From Christensenellaceae bacterium (GTDB lineage: Bacteria > Bacillota > Clostridia > Christensenellales > UBA1750): a stretch of DNA of 64,000 nucleotides. Below are positions 16,588 through 25,375 of this stretch, one piece after another. Numbering within the stretch: position 1 is the first letter of the stretch; each line of letters opens with the position of its first letter. Location: the NCBI GenBank assembly GCA_031280685.1, contig JAITGM010000035.1:107282-171281 (forward strand), read 5' to 3'. Made by a program: the position numbers and the translations under genes. The notes under the pieces were generated by a model. It saw only the letters and a program-made list of their open reading frames with translations, was not told the DNA's origin and ran no database searches.

Positions 16588-18441
16588 ATGCCCGGTTTAA
16601 GCGAACTTACGGGGCCGCGCGATCTGCGGCGCCTGAATATGGCGCAGCTCAACGCCCTGGCGGCTGAAATGCGCGCAGAGATCACCAAAACCTGTCTTGA
16701 GCGCGGCGGGCATCTTTCTTCGAACCTTGGGGTGGTGGAACTGAGCATCGCCCTGCACCTGGTTTATGACGCGCCACGCGATAAGATCCTGTTTGACGTG
16801 GGGCACCAAAGCTACGCCCATAAGCTTTTGACGGGTCGCTTTGGCGGCTTCGCTTCGTTGCGCACGGAAGGCGGCCTTTCAGGCTTCCCATTGCGGAGCG
16901 AGAGCGAGTACGACGCCTTCGGCGCGGGGCACGCGGGCACGGCGGTGGCTGCGGCGCTGGGCTTTGCCCGGGCCGCCCGCATTCGCGGCGAAACGCTCCA
17001 TTGCGCCGCCCTCGTTGGGGATGGTTCCTTCATGAACGGCCCGAATATCGAGGCGGTGAACGATTTGGGGCAATCGAAGCTGCCGGTCGTGGTCGTGCTC
17101 AACGATAATGAGATGTCAATTTCCAAAAACGTGGGTGGGCTCTCGCGCTATCTCGCGCGGCTGCGCACGCGCCCCTCATACCAGCATCTGAAAAAAAAGA
17201 CCAAGCGCCTTTTGGATCGTATCCCCATCCTTGGCGGCTGGATCGAGCGCTTTCTGCTCTTTTGGAAGGGCATCGCGCGCTACGTCTTCGTCAACGGGGC
17301 CTTTTTTTCGAGCCTGGGCTTCGATTACCTCGGCCCGGTGGATGGCTACGACCTGCCGGGGCTCATTGCGGCGCTGAATTCCGCACGGGAAATGGAAAGG
17401 CCGGTGCTCTTGCACGTAGTCACCAAGAAGGGCAAGGGCTACAGGCCCGCCGAAGAACAACCCGAAGCCTACCACGGCATTCCCCCAAAAGGGGCTGAAA
17501 AGCCGATTTCTTACCCCAATACGGCGGGGCTTGCCCTGGCCGAGCTTGGGCGGCAGGATCCTTCCATCGCGGTGCTCACGGCTGCAATGCCGGGCGGCAC
17601 CGGCGCCGAAGCCTTCGCGGCGGCTTTCCCCGATCGATTTTTTGACGTAGGCCTGGCGGAAGAAAGCGCCGTAACCCAGGGCGCCGCGCTGGCCGCCGCC
17701 GGCCTGCGCCCGTATTTCATGGTGTATTCCACCTTTTTGCAGAGGGGGTACGACCAAATTCTGCACGACGTGGCCCTGCAGGGCCTGCCGCTGACCCTTC
17801 TGATCAGCCATGCCGGGTTGGTCGGCGAGGATGGCTGCACCCACAACGGCAATTTTGACCTTTCCTTCCTGCTGCACGTTCCGGGGCTTTGGGTTTTTTC
17901 CCCTTCGGGGCCGGAGGAGCTAAAAACCCTTCTCTTTTGGGCAAGGAAGTCCATCCCGGGCGCGCCCGTGGCCATTCGCTACGCAAAGGGGGCCATAGAT
18001 GGCGACTTCCCGGCCGTAACGCCCATGGAAGAGGTGACTTGGCCCCGCTTGCGCGAGGGGCAAGACTGCACCCTGCTCGCCGTGGGAGAACTTTGCCGCG
18101 AGGCGCTGCAAGCGGCCAAGCTCCTGCAGGCGGAAGGGATCGAGGCCGCCGTCGTCAACGCGCGGCAGCTTGCGCCCCTGCCGATGGAGGCCCTGCGTCT
18201 CTTGGCGAAGGCGCCCTTAATCACCCTTGAAGAAAACGTACTCGAGGGCGGCTTCGGCTCCAGCGTGTTGCTGGCGCTGAGCCGGGAAGGAGCCGAAACC
18301 CGAACGCTCTGCCTGGGCATCGGCAACGGCTTCGTGGCCCACGCGCCGCGAAGGAGGCAGATCGAGCTTTGCGGGCTGGACTCGGCAAGCGTCGCGCGCC
18401 GAGTTTTGGGCTTCCTGGGCAAAGCCCCGGAGGGCCGATGA
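16588..18441 (+). CDS. dxs: 1-deoxy-D-xylulose-5-phosphate synthase
   Basis: Start at MPGLSELTGPRDLRRL (GGAG RBS). GHLSSNLG, DVGHQSYAHKLLTGR, and the GDGSFMNG thiamine-diphosphate motif. 617 aa. Confidence 0.95.
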   Translation: MPGLSELTGPRDLRRLNMAQLNALAAEMRAEITKTCLERGGHLSSNLGVVELSIALHLVYDAPRDKILFDVGHQSYAHKLLTGRFGGFASLRTEGGLSGFPLRSESEYDAFGAGHAGTAVAAALGFARAARIRGETLHCAALVGDGSFMNGPNIEAVNDLGQSKLPVVVVLNDNEMSISKNVGGLSRYLARLRTRPSYQHLKKKTKRLLDRIPILGGWIERFLLFWKGIARYVFVNGAFFSSLGFDYLGPVDGYDLPGLIAALNSAREMERPVLLHVVTKKGKGYRPAEEQPEAYHGIPPKGAEKPISYPNTAGLALAELGRQDPSIAVLTAAMPGGTGAEAFAAAFPDRFFDVGLAEESAVTQGAALAAAGLRPYFMVYSTFLQRGYDQILHDVALQGLPLTLLISHAGLVGEDGCTHNGNFDLSFLLHVPGLWVFSPSGPEELKTLLFWARKSIPGAPVAIRYAKGAIDGDFPAVTPMEEVTWPRLREGQDCTLLAVGELCREALQAAKLLQAEGIEAAVVNARQLAPLPMEALRLLAKAPLITLEENVLEGGFGSSVLLALSREGAETRTLCLGIGNGFVAHAPRRRQIELCGLDSASVARRVLGFLGKAPEGR

Positions 18442-19223
18442 GAATTCGCCTGGATGAGTGCCTGGTCAAAAAAGGCCTGGCGAAAGACCTTTCCCTCGCG
18501 CAAAGTTTTGTCATGGAGGGAAGGGTCTTCCTCGGGCAGGAAAGGCTTCGGCTGCCCTCTATGCCCGTGGAACCCGATTCCGCCCTTTGGCTAAAGCCCG
18601 AAAACCCTTACGTGAGCCGGGGAGGGTTGAAGCTCGAGCGCGCGCTGGAGGAGTTTCGGATCGACCTTGACGGCAGGGTCTGCATGGATATTGGCTCCTC
18701 GACCGGCGGCTTTACCGAGTGCATGCTCAAAAATGGCGCAAAAACGGTCTATTCCATCGACGTGGGCTATGGCCTGCTCGATTGGAAGCTGCGGCAAGAC
18801 GAACGCGTGCGGGTGATGGAGCGCACAAACGCCAAAAATCTGCTGCCCGGGATGTTTCCCGAACGGGCAAGCTTCGCTTCGATGGATTTATCTTTCATTT
18901 CGGTCAAAAAGGTGCTGCCCACGGCGCTTTCTTGCATGCCGGAGGAGGCCGCGCTGGTGGTCTTGGTCAAGCCGCAATTCGAAGCCCCGCGCGGCAGGGT
19001 GGGCAAGGGCGGCATTGTGCGGGAGCGCGCCGTGCACGAGGCTGTTTTGAGTGATATTTTGGCCTTTTTGCCGAAAGCGGGACTGTATGCGCTGGGGCTG
19101 ATCCCCTCGCCCATCAAGGGCATGGATGGCAATACCGAGTTTCTGCTTCATGCCGCCCGAGGCGTGGGGCTGCGCTATAATGACTTAAATTTACAGGCTA
19201 TTTTGGACTTTGTGTGGAATTAA
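18438..19223 (+). CDS. tlyA: TlyA-family rRNA 2'-O-methyltransferase (S4 plus FtsJ domains)
   Basis: MRIRLDECLVKKGLAKDLSLAQSFVMEGRV (S4 domain) and DIGSSTGGFTE (SAM motif). Its ATG overlaps the dxs stop (ATGA). Confidence 0.85.
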   Translation: MRIRLDECLVKKGLAKDLSLAQSFVMEGRVFLGQERLRLPSMPVEPDSALWLKPENPYVSRGGLKLERALEEFRIDLDGRVCMDIGSSTGGFTECMLKNGAKTVYSIDVGYGLLDWKLRQDERVRVMERTNAKNLLPGMFPERASFASMDLSFISVKKVLPTALSCMPEEAALVVLVKPQFEAPRGRVGKGGIVRERAVHEAVLSDILAFLPKAGLYALGLIPSPIKGMDGNTEFLLHAARGVGLRYNDLNLQAILDFVWN

Positions 19224-19226
19224 GCC

Positions 19227-19255
19227 TTGTATGGCCATGCACAAGTGGTTATAAT
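19227..19255 (+). promoter_or_regulatory. internal sigma-A type promoter upstream of nadK
   Basis: TTGTAT (19227-19232), 17 nt, TATAAT (19250-19255). Confidence 0.45.
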
Positions 19256-19304
19256 TAATTGGTAAGAGCAAGGGGATTTTGCTGCGCGGGAGGTGTGAGC
19301 GCCT

Positions 19305-20165
19305 TTGGCGGAAAGAGCTCGGCATATTACCTTTTTATTTGGTAGCGAGGGAATCGTGGGCCGCTCCGAGGTTCTGGACGCGGCAAAGCTCTCACAAGAG
19401 CTGGGCATGCAGCCCAGTACGGACGAGCCCGCGCTCGCAAGTGCCCTGCATATTCATTTAAGCGGCAGGCAGGAAGCCATTGCGCTTGCCGATGTCGTGG
19501 TCGCTTTTGGCGGCGACGGAACGATTTTAAGCGCCGCGCGCACGGCTGCCCTCTGCGGCAAGCCGGTTTTGGGCGTAAACTTTGGGCAGCTTGGCTTTTT
19601 AGCCGAGGTTTCAAGCAACGAGCTTCCATCCGCGCTGCGCAGGCTGGCGCTGGGGGAGTACGAGATCGAGCTGCGGCACATGCTGCAGGCCAGTTATGAA
19701 GGCAAAACCCTCTTTGCCCTGAATGATATCGTGGTTCGCAAGGAATCCACGCTCGATGTTTTGCGCGCAAGAATCTGCGTGGACGGCGAGCGGCTCGACG
19801 ATTATGTGGCCGACGGCCTGCTTTTTTCCACCTCGACGGGTTCGACGGCCTACTCCCTATCCTGCGGGGGGCCCATCGTTTCCCCCGGGCTTGAGCTCAT
19901 CATCTTCACGCCGATCTGCCCGCATTCGCTTCGGGCGAGGCCGGTTGTGCTCAGCGAAAACCAGCCCATTTCAGCCCTGGTTTATGAACGCTCCCTGCCG
20001 GCCATCGCGGTGGCTGACGGGCGCGAGATCCTTCAGATACGCTCCGGGCAGGCGCTCGAAATCCGCCGCGCGCCCTTTGATGCCTGCCTGATCCGCCTTG
20101 GCGGGCAACCTAGCGGCTTTTTCACGAAGGTGCACCAAAAATTGGTCGATAGAACCCAGGCTTAG
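19305..20165 (+). CDS. nadK: NAD kinase
   Basis: DVVVAFGGDGTILSAAR, GVNFGQLGFLAE, STSTGSTAYSLSCGGPIV. TTG start as in the ORF track; the exact start is uncertain. Confidence 0.85.
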   Translation: MAERARHITFLFGSEGIVGRSEVLDAAKLSQELGMQPSTDEPALASALHIHLSGRQEAIALADVVVAFGGDGTILSAARTAALCGKPVLGVNFGQLGFLAEVSSNELPSALRRLALGEYEIELRHMLQASYEGKTLFALNDIVVRKESTLDVLRARICVDGERLDDYVADGLLFSTSTGSTAYSLSCGGPIVSPGLELIIFTPICPHSLRARPVVLSENQPISALVYERSLPAIAVADGREILQIRSGQALEIRRAPFDACLIRLGGQPSGFFTKVHQKLVDRTQA

Positions 20166-20229
20166 TGATCGAAATCCTTTAATCCTTTATATTAAGGCAT
20201 TTAAAGCCAAGAGTTGAGGAGGAAACAAC

Positions 20230-20679
20230 ATGAAAGCCGCGCGCCATGCCCTGATTCAAGAAATTATTGAAAGGCAGCGTATCCAGACCCAGGAGGAATT
20301 GGCGAACTTGCTAAAGGAGTGCGGCATTTTGGTGACGCAGGCCACCGTTTCGAGGGATATTAAAGAGCTTCGCCTACTGAAGGTGCTCACAGAGGACGGC
20401 AGCTACCGCTACGCCACGGCCGACAAGGCGGAGGGCAATATGGCCGACCGCTTCATCAGAATGTTCCACGATTCCGTGCTTTCGGTTTCCCAGGCGGGCA
20501 ACCTTTTGGTGCTAAAAACCCTTCCCGGCAGCGCGAATGTGGCGGCCGAAACCATCGACACGATGCGCTGGTCCGAGGTCGTGGGCACGATTGGCGGCGA
20601 CAATACGATTTTGGTGATTCTCAGCAACGAGGAGGACGCCACCGAGATCCGCCAGAAATTCCTGAAGATGATGCGCTAA
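20230..20679 (+). CDS. argR: arginine repressor ArgR/AhrC
   Basis: 149 aa. RHALIQEII..Q.IQTQEELA..L...G..VTQATVSRDIKEL.L.K. Confidence 0.9.
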   Translation: MKAARHALIQEIIERQRIQTQEELANLLKECGILVTQATVSRDIKELRLLKVLTEDGSYRYATADKAEGNMADRFIRMFHDSVLSVSQAGNLLVLKTLPGSANVAAETIDTMRWSEVVGTIGGDNTILVILSNEEDATEIRQKFLKMMR

Positions 20680-20704
20680 GGGCCGGGCGCAGGGGGAAGG
20701 CCGC

Positions 20705-22396
20705 ATGCTGTTCCAGTTAAAGGTGCAAAATATCGCGCTGATCGAAGAGCTCGTCATCGAATTCGGTGAAGGGCTCAATGTTTTGACCGGCGAAACCGGC
20801 GCGGGCAAGTCCATCGTGATCGACGCTATGAACCTTGCCTTAGGCGAAAGGGCGGATCGTGACCTGATCCGCAGCGGCGAGCAAAAAGCCCAGGTTCACG
20901 CCTTATTTGACATTTCTGCGAGTAAAAAGGCGAAGGCGCTGCTTGACGAAAATGGGATCCCCGCCGAAGATGGCGAACTCGTCGTTTCGCGGGAGCTTTT
21001 GCTTTCTGGGCGCAACGTGGTGCGCGTCAACGGTAGCCTGGCGCCCCTTGCGCTGCTCAAGCAATTAAGCGCCCTGCTCGTGGATGTGCACGGCCAGCAC
21101 GAGCACCAATCCTTGATGGATGAAAGCCGCCATTTGGCCTTTTTAGACGCTTTTGCCGGGGAGGCGCTCGATTCCGCGCGCGCCGAGGTCGCCGCGCTCT
21201 ATGCCGCCTGGCGCGAGCTTTCGCAGCGGCTTGCTCAAATCCGCGGCGGCGCGCAGCAGCGCGCGCAAAGGCTCGATATGCTTCAGTACCAGGCAACGGA
21301 AATCGAAAGCGCCAGGCTTCGCCCCGGCGAAGAAGAGGAATTGGCCGAAAAACGCTCGCTTTTTCGCAATGGTGAACGAATTGCGGCCGCCTTGGGCGGT
21401 GCGCTCCAGGCGCTGGAGGGCGGCGAGAGCGCGCCCGGAGCGCTGGACGCGGCCCGGCAGGCGCTCACGCTGCTAGGTGGCATCGCAAAGCTCTCGAAGG
21501 AGTTTTCCACGCTCGAAGAAGCTCTGGCCGATGCGGTCTATGGCCTTGAGGATGTCGCTTCCCAACTCTTTGATCAAAACCAGGGGCTCGAATTCGACCC
21601 GAAGGAGCTTGAACGAGCCGAAAACCGCCTCGATCTCATCAAAAACCTCAAGCGCAAATACGGGGCCGACGTTAGCGCCGTATTGGCCTATCTCGACCAA
21701 ATCAGCGGGGAGCTTCAGCAGCTCAAGTCCGGAAATGACGACTCAGCGGCCCTTGAAGCGGAGCTGAAAAGGGCAGAAGAAGCCCTTCTGCAGGCCGAAC
21801 TGCGGCTCAGCGCCCTGCGCCGCGAGTCGGGCAAGCGCTTTGAAGCAGGCCTTTTATCGGAATTGCAGGATCTTGGCATGGCCGGTGCCCGCTTCATGCT
21901 CGAATTCAACGAGATTCCAAGCGAGTCTTCCGCCCTTCGCGCGCTGCACAGCGCGGATGGGCTAGACCGCCTGCGCTTTTTGCTCAGCGCCAACCGGGGC
22001 GAGGATCTCAAACCACTTTCGCACACGGCATCGGGCGGCGAGCTTTCGCGCATCATGCTGGCCTTTAAGGCGCTCTGCGCGGGTGAGGTGCGCACGATGG
22101 TCTTCGACGAGATCGACACCGGGATTTCCGGGCACATGGCGCAGGTGGTGGGCGAAAAGATGTGCGCCATCGGCGGCGAAAGGCAGGTCATCTGCGTAAC
22201 GCATCTGCCGCAGATCGCGGCGCTCGGGCATAGCCACCTTCTGGTGCAAAAGCGCGAGGAGGGAGGCCGCACCATCACCTTTGTGGAGGGCTTAACGGCC
22301 GAGCAGCGCGTGGTGGAGATCGCTCGCATGATCGGCGGCAAGGAGATTACGAGCTCCGCGCTCGAACACGCTCGGGAGATGCTCAGCCCTTCTTGA
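20705..22396 (+). CDS. recN: DNA repair protein RecN
   Basis: 563 aa. Walker A GETGAGKSI, a long coiled-coil middle region, and C-terminal SGGELSRIMLA...VFDEIDTG. Confidence 0.95.
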   Translation: MLFQLKVQNIALIEELVIEFGEGLNVLTGETGAGKSIVIDAMNLALGERADRDLIRSGEQKAQVHALFDISASKKAKALLDENGIPAEDGELVVSRELLLSGRNVVRVNGSLAPLALLKQLSALLVDVHGQHEHQSLMDESRHLAFLDAFAGEALDSARAEVAALYAAWRELSQRLAQIRGGAQQRAQRLDMLQYQATEIESARLRPGEEEELAEKRSLFRNGERIAAALGGALQALEGGESAPGALDAARQALTLLGGIAKLSKEFSTLEEALADAVYGLEDVASQLFDQNQGLEFDPKELERAENRLDLIKNLKRKYGADVSAVLAYLDQISGELQQLKSGNDDSAALEAELKRAEEALLQAELRLSALRRESGKRFEAGLLSELQDLGMAGARFMLEFNEIPSESSALRALHSADGLDRLRFLLSANRGEDLKPLSHTASGGELSRIMLAFKALCAGEVRTMVFDEIDTGISGHMAQVVGEKMCAIGGERQVICVTHLPQIAALGHSHLLVQKREEGGRTITFVEGLTAEQRVVEIARMIGGKEITSSALEHAREMLSPS

Positions 22397-22468
22397 GCCA
22401 AAATGCCGTGAATGGTTAAAATTTGCCGTCAAAACGAGCAGTAAATTAACGAAATTTAATGGTTGTTG

Positions 22469-22497
22469 TTGCAATCTCCTGGGTTAAGTATTATAAT
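22469..22497 (+). promoter_or_regulatory. sigma-A type promoter upstream of a small HTH gene
   Basis: TTGCAA (22469-22474), 17 nt, TATAAT (22492-22497). Confidence 0.55.
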
Positions 22498-22533
22498 GTG
22501 AAGCAAGCAAAGAACTCAGGAGGAGGTTTCGCG

Positions 22534-22845
22534 ATGAATCGGGAGGAGTATATCAAGTTTAAGATCAAAGAAAAGGGCTTTACGATCAAGGAGTATGCCA
22601 GAACCATCGGGATGCCCTATTCCTCGCTGCTTTCCATGCTCTCGGGGAACCTGGGCGGCGCTTCGCTCGATAATGTGGTGCGCATCTGCACGGGACTTGG
22701 CTTCAACCTTTCCGTGCTGCAAAAGAAAGATGGTATTTTGGACGACCTCTCATCCTACGACCTAAGCCTCGGCGAAATGGACGTGATTCGGGCCTACCGC
22801 GCCCTACCCCGGATGCAGGAAGCCGTAAAGAAGATATTAGCTTAA
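22534..22845 (+). CDS. small XRE-like helix-turn-helix protein
   Basis: Start moved to MNREEYIKFKIKEKGFTIKEYARTIGMPYSSLLSMLSG (AGGAGGAGG RBS). 103 aa. Confidence 0.65.
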   Translation: MNREEYIKFKIKEKGFTIKEYARTIGMPYSSLLSMLSGNLGGASLDNVVRICTGLGFNLSVLQKKDGILDDLSSYDLSLGEMDVIRAYRALPRMQEAVKKILA

Positions 22846-22875
22846 GCAATGCTCTAGTTCGTACGCAAGATCATT

Positions 22876-22905
22876 AAGGGGGCGGCTCAATAAGCCGCCC
22901 CTTTT
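22876..22905 (+). terminator. intrinsic terminator after the HTH gene
   Basis: AAGGGGGCGGC / GCCGCCCCTT stem followed by TT..TTT. Confidence 0.7.
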
Positions 22906-23058
22906 CGTTTGCCGCGGGGCCGATTTATGAACCGATGGCGAACAAATTGCAAATTCGGAGCCTGACGGGGCAAAAGGGGGCGCGGAATGCTTCCAAAGAA
23001 GCGCCTTGCGGGGTATAATGCAAAGCAAAGGATGAAACCACGATGAGGAGGCGCACGA

Positions 23059-25341
23059 ATGACGGGTTTGCGCGGCGCTGAGCTGCTCGCCCCTGCAGGC
23101 GATTTCGAAGCGCTAAAGGCGGCCGTGCAAAACGGTGCGGATGCGGTCTATCTGGGCGGCAGCGCCTTCGGCGCGCGGGCGCAGGCAGCCTTTTTCGCGG
23201 AGGAAGCCTTGAAAGAGGCGGTTGCATACTGCCACCTTCGCGGCGCGCGGCTCTATATTACGCTCAACACCTTGGTGAAGGATGCTGAGTTTGAGGCCTT
23301 TTACGCCATCGCCAGGGAAGCCATCCTGGCCGGGGTGGACGCCGCCCTGGTACAGGATCTCGGCGCGATTTCCCTGTTGCGCGAGAGTTTCCCCGGTCTT
23401 GAGCTGCATGCCAGCACGCAGATGAGCATCAACAACGCGAGCGGTGCCCGCATGGCGGCGGAGCTTGGCCTAAAGCGCGTCGTGGCTGCGCGGGAATGCT
23501 CGCTTGATGCGCTTGCCGGCATGGCGCAAAGCGGGGTCGAGGTCGAAGCCTTTTGCCACGGCGCGCTCTGCGCCGGGTTTTCGGGCCAATGCCTGCTCTC
23601 GTCCTTCATCGGCGGGCGGAGCGGCAACCGCGGGCGTTGCGCGCAGCCCTGCCGCCATGCGCTTACCCTGGACGGGCGGGCGGGCTACCACTTGAGCACC
23701 AGAGATCTTTGCTCCTTCGCCTCGCTGAGCGAGCTGCTTTCTGCCGGCGTTTCCGCCTTTAAGATCGAAGGCAGGCTCAAGCGCCCGGAATACGTCGCCA
23801 TCGTCACGGCGGCCTACCGCCGCGCCCTCGATTTGGCGCTGGAAGGCCGCCAAACGCCCGAAGAAGAAGCCTTGCGCACCTTGAGCGCGCTTCAGGGCGT
23901 GTTCAACCGCGGCGGCTTTACTGAGGGGTATGCGGGCGGCTCGCGCGACGCAGCCATCTACTTTGCCGAAAGGCCGAATCACCTCGGCCTTCCCGTGGGC
24001 ACCGTGCTCCGCGCGGAAGGCGGCCGCGCGCTGATTGCAGAGAGCGCGGCACTGCACCCGGGCGACGGCCTTGAGGCCCGGATCGGAAGCGAGTCTGTCG
24101 GCCTGACGGTCGAAGGTGTCGATCGCGGCCCTTTCGGCGCCTGGATTCGCGCACCGAAAGGGCTACGCGCCAAGATGAGCCTGCACCGCACCAGCGATGC
24201 GCTTCAGCTTCAGGCAGCGCGCCAAAGCTATGCGGGCGAGCGCAGGCGCCACAAAATCAAGATCTGGTTTCGCTGCTTGGCCGGCGAAAAGACGGCCCTG
24301 CGCCTGGACGAAATCGAGGTGTTCGGCGAAGCTCCGCGTGAAGCGGTTCAGCACGCGCTGCGCGAAGATCAGCTACGGCGGCAGCTCGAAAAGCTGGGGG
24401 ATTCCATCTTTGAAGCGGGTGAAGTCCAAATCGAGCTGGGCGAAGGACTGTTTTTGCCCCTTTCCGCCATCAACGCGCTCCGCCGCGAAGCCGCGGCCGG
24501 TCTTGAGGCCAAGATCCTCGCTCAAGCGCTGCCTAGTCAAGAGCTCTTGCCGTATTCGCCCACCAAACCGGCTCAAATCAAAGAGACTAGGCCGAATGCG
24601 CCCCTGCGCGTGCGCAGAAGCGGCAGCATCCAAGAGCTGCTTTCGTCCGAAGCGGACGAGCTCGAGTACGCCCCAGTCGATTATACCCTGCCTTCGCTGC
24701 GCGCCGCGCTGCTGCGCCTGCAAGGGGCAGTAAAGGGCAAGGTCAGGCTCAGCCTGCCGCCCTTTTTGGAGGAGGGAGAGCTACAGGGCATCGCCGCCCT
24801 CTTAAAGGAAACGGGCACGGCGGCCGTTGCCAACAACCTCTCGCAGCTCTATGCCCTGCGCGGCACGGATCTTACGGCGGGTTTCGGGCTTAACGTCTTC
24901 AACACCAGAACGGCCCTCACACTGCAAGGGCTCGGCGCCGCGCGTCTGCGCCTAAGCCCCGAATGCACGCTGGGAATGGCCGCCGAAATCGCAAAATCGG
25001 TGCCTGCGGAGCTATTCATCCAAGGGCGGCTCCCCGCGATGGTTCTACGCAGCTGCCCCCTGCGCGCAAGGGAAGGGCTGGGCGGCGAGGGCCGAGAGCG
25101 CTGCATGCTCTGCAAGCGAGAAGGCTTTTTTTTGAAGGATCGCAAGGGCGCGTCGCTGCCCCTCCTGCCGTACTTCACCCAAAAGGGCTGCACCATCGTC
25201 GCGCACAACCCCTTCCCCCTGGATATCGGCAGCAACGGCCGCGAAAGGCTCAAAACGATGCCATTTTCGGCCATCATTGAGGAAACCCTACCGGAAGGCG
25301 GCCAGCGCACGCGCGGGCACTTCTTCCGGGGCGTGGAATAG
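23059..25341 (+). CDS. peptidase U32 family protein (long form with C-terminal extension)
   Basis: 760 aa. ELLAPAG..E.LKAAV.NGADAVYLGG and the U32 signature EAFCHGALCAGFSGQCLLSSFIGGRSGNRGRCAQPCR. Confidence 0.85.
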   Translation: MTGLRGAELLAPAGDFEALKAAVQNGADAVYLGGSAFGARAQAAFFAEEALKEAVAYCHLRGARLYITLNTLVKDAEFEAFYAIAREAILAGVDAALVQDLGAISLLRESFPGLELHASTQMSINNASGARMAAELGLKRVVAARECSLDALAGMAQSGVEVEAFCHGALCAGFSGQCLLSSFIGGRSGNRGRCAQPCRHALTLDGRAGYHLSTRDLCSFASLSELLSAGVSAFKIEGRLKRPEYVAIVTAAYRRALDLALEGRQTPEEEALRTLSALQGVFNRGGFTEGYAGGSRDAAIYFAERPNHLGLPVGTVLRAEGGRALIAESAALHPGDGLEARIGSESVGLTVEGVDRGPFGAWIRAPKGLRAKMSLHRTSDALQLQAARQSYAGERRRHKIKIWFRCLAGEKTALRLDEIEVFGEAPREAVQHALREDQLRRQLEKLGDSIFEAGEVQIELGEGLFLPLSAINALRREAAAGLEAKILAQALPSQELLPYSPTKPAQIKETRPNAPLRVRRSGSIQELLSSEADELEYAPVDYTLPSLRAALLRLQGAVKGKVRLSLPPFLEEGELQGIAALLKETGTAAVANNLSQLYALRGTDLTAGFGLNVFNTRTALTLQGLGAARLRLSPECTLGMAAEIAKSVPAELFIQGRLPAMVLRSCPLRAREGLGGEGRERCMLCKREGFFLKDRKGASLPLLPYFTQKGCTIVAHNPFPLDIGSNGRERLKTMPFSAIIEETLPEGGQRTRGHFFRGVE

Positions 25342-25375
25342 AAACGAATTACGAATTACAGATAGGATGGAAGCC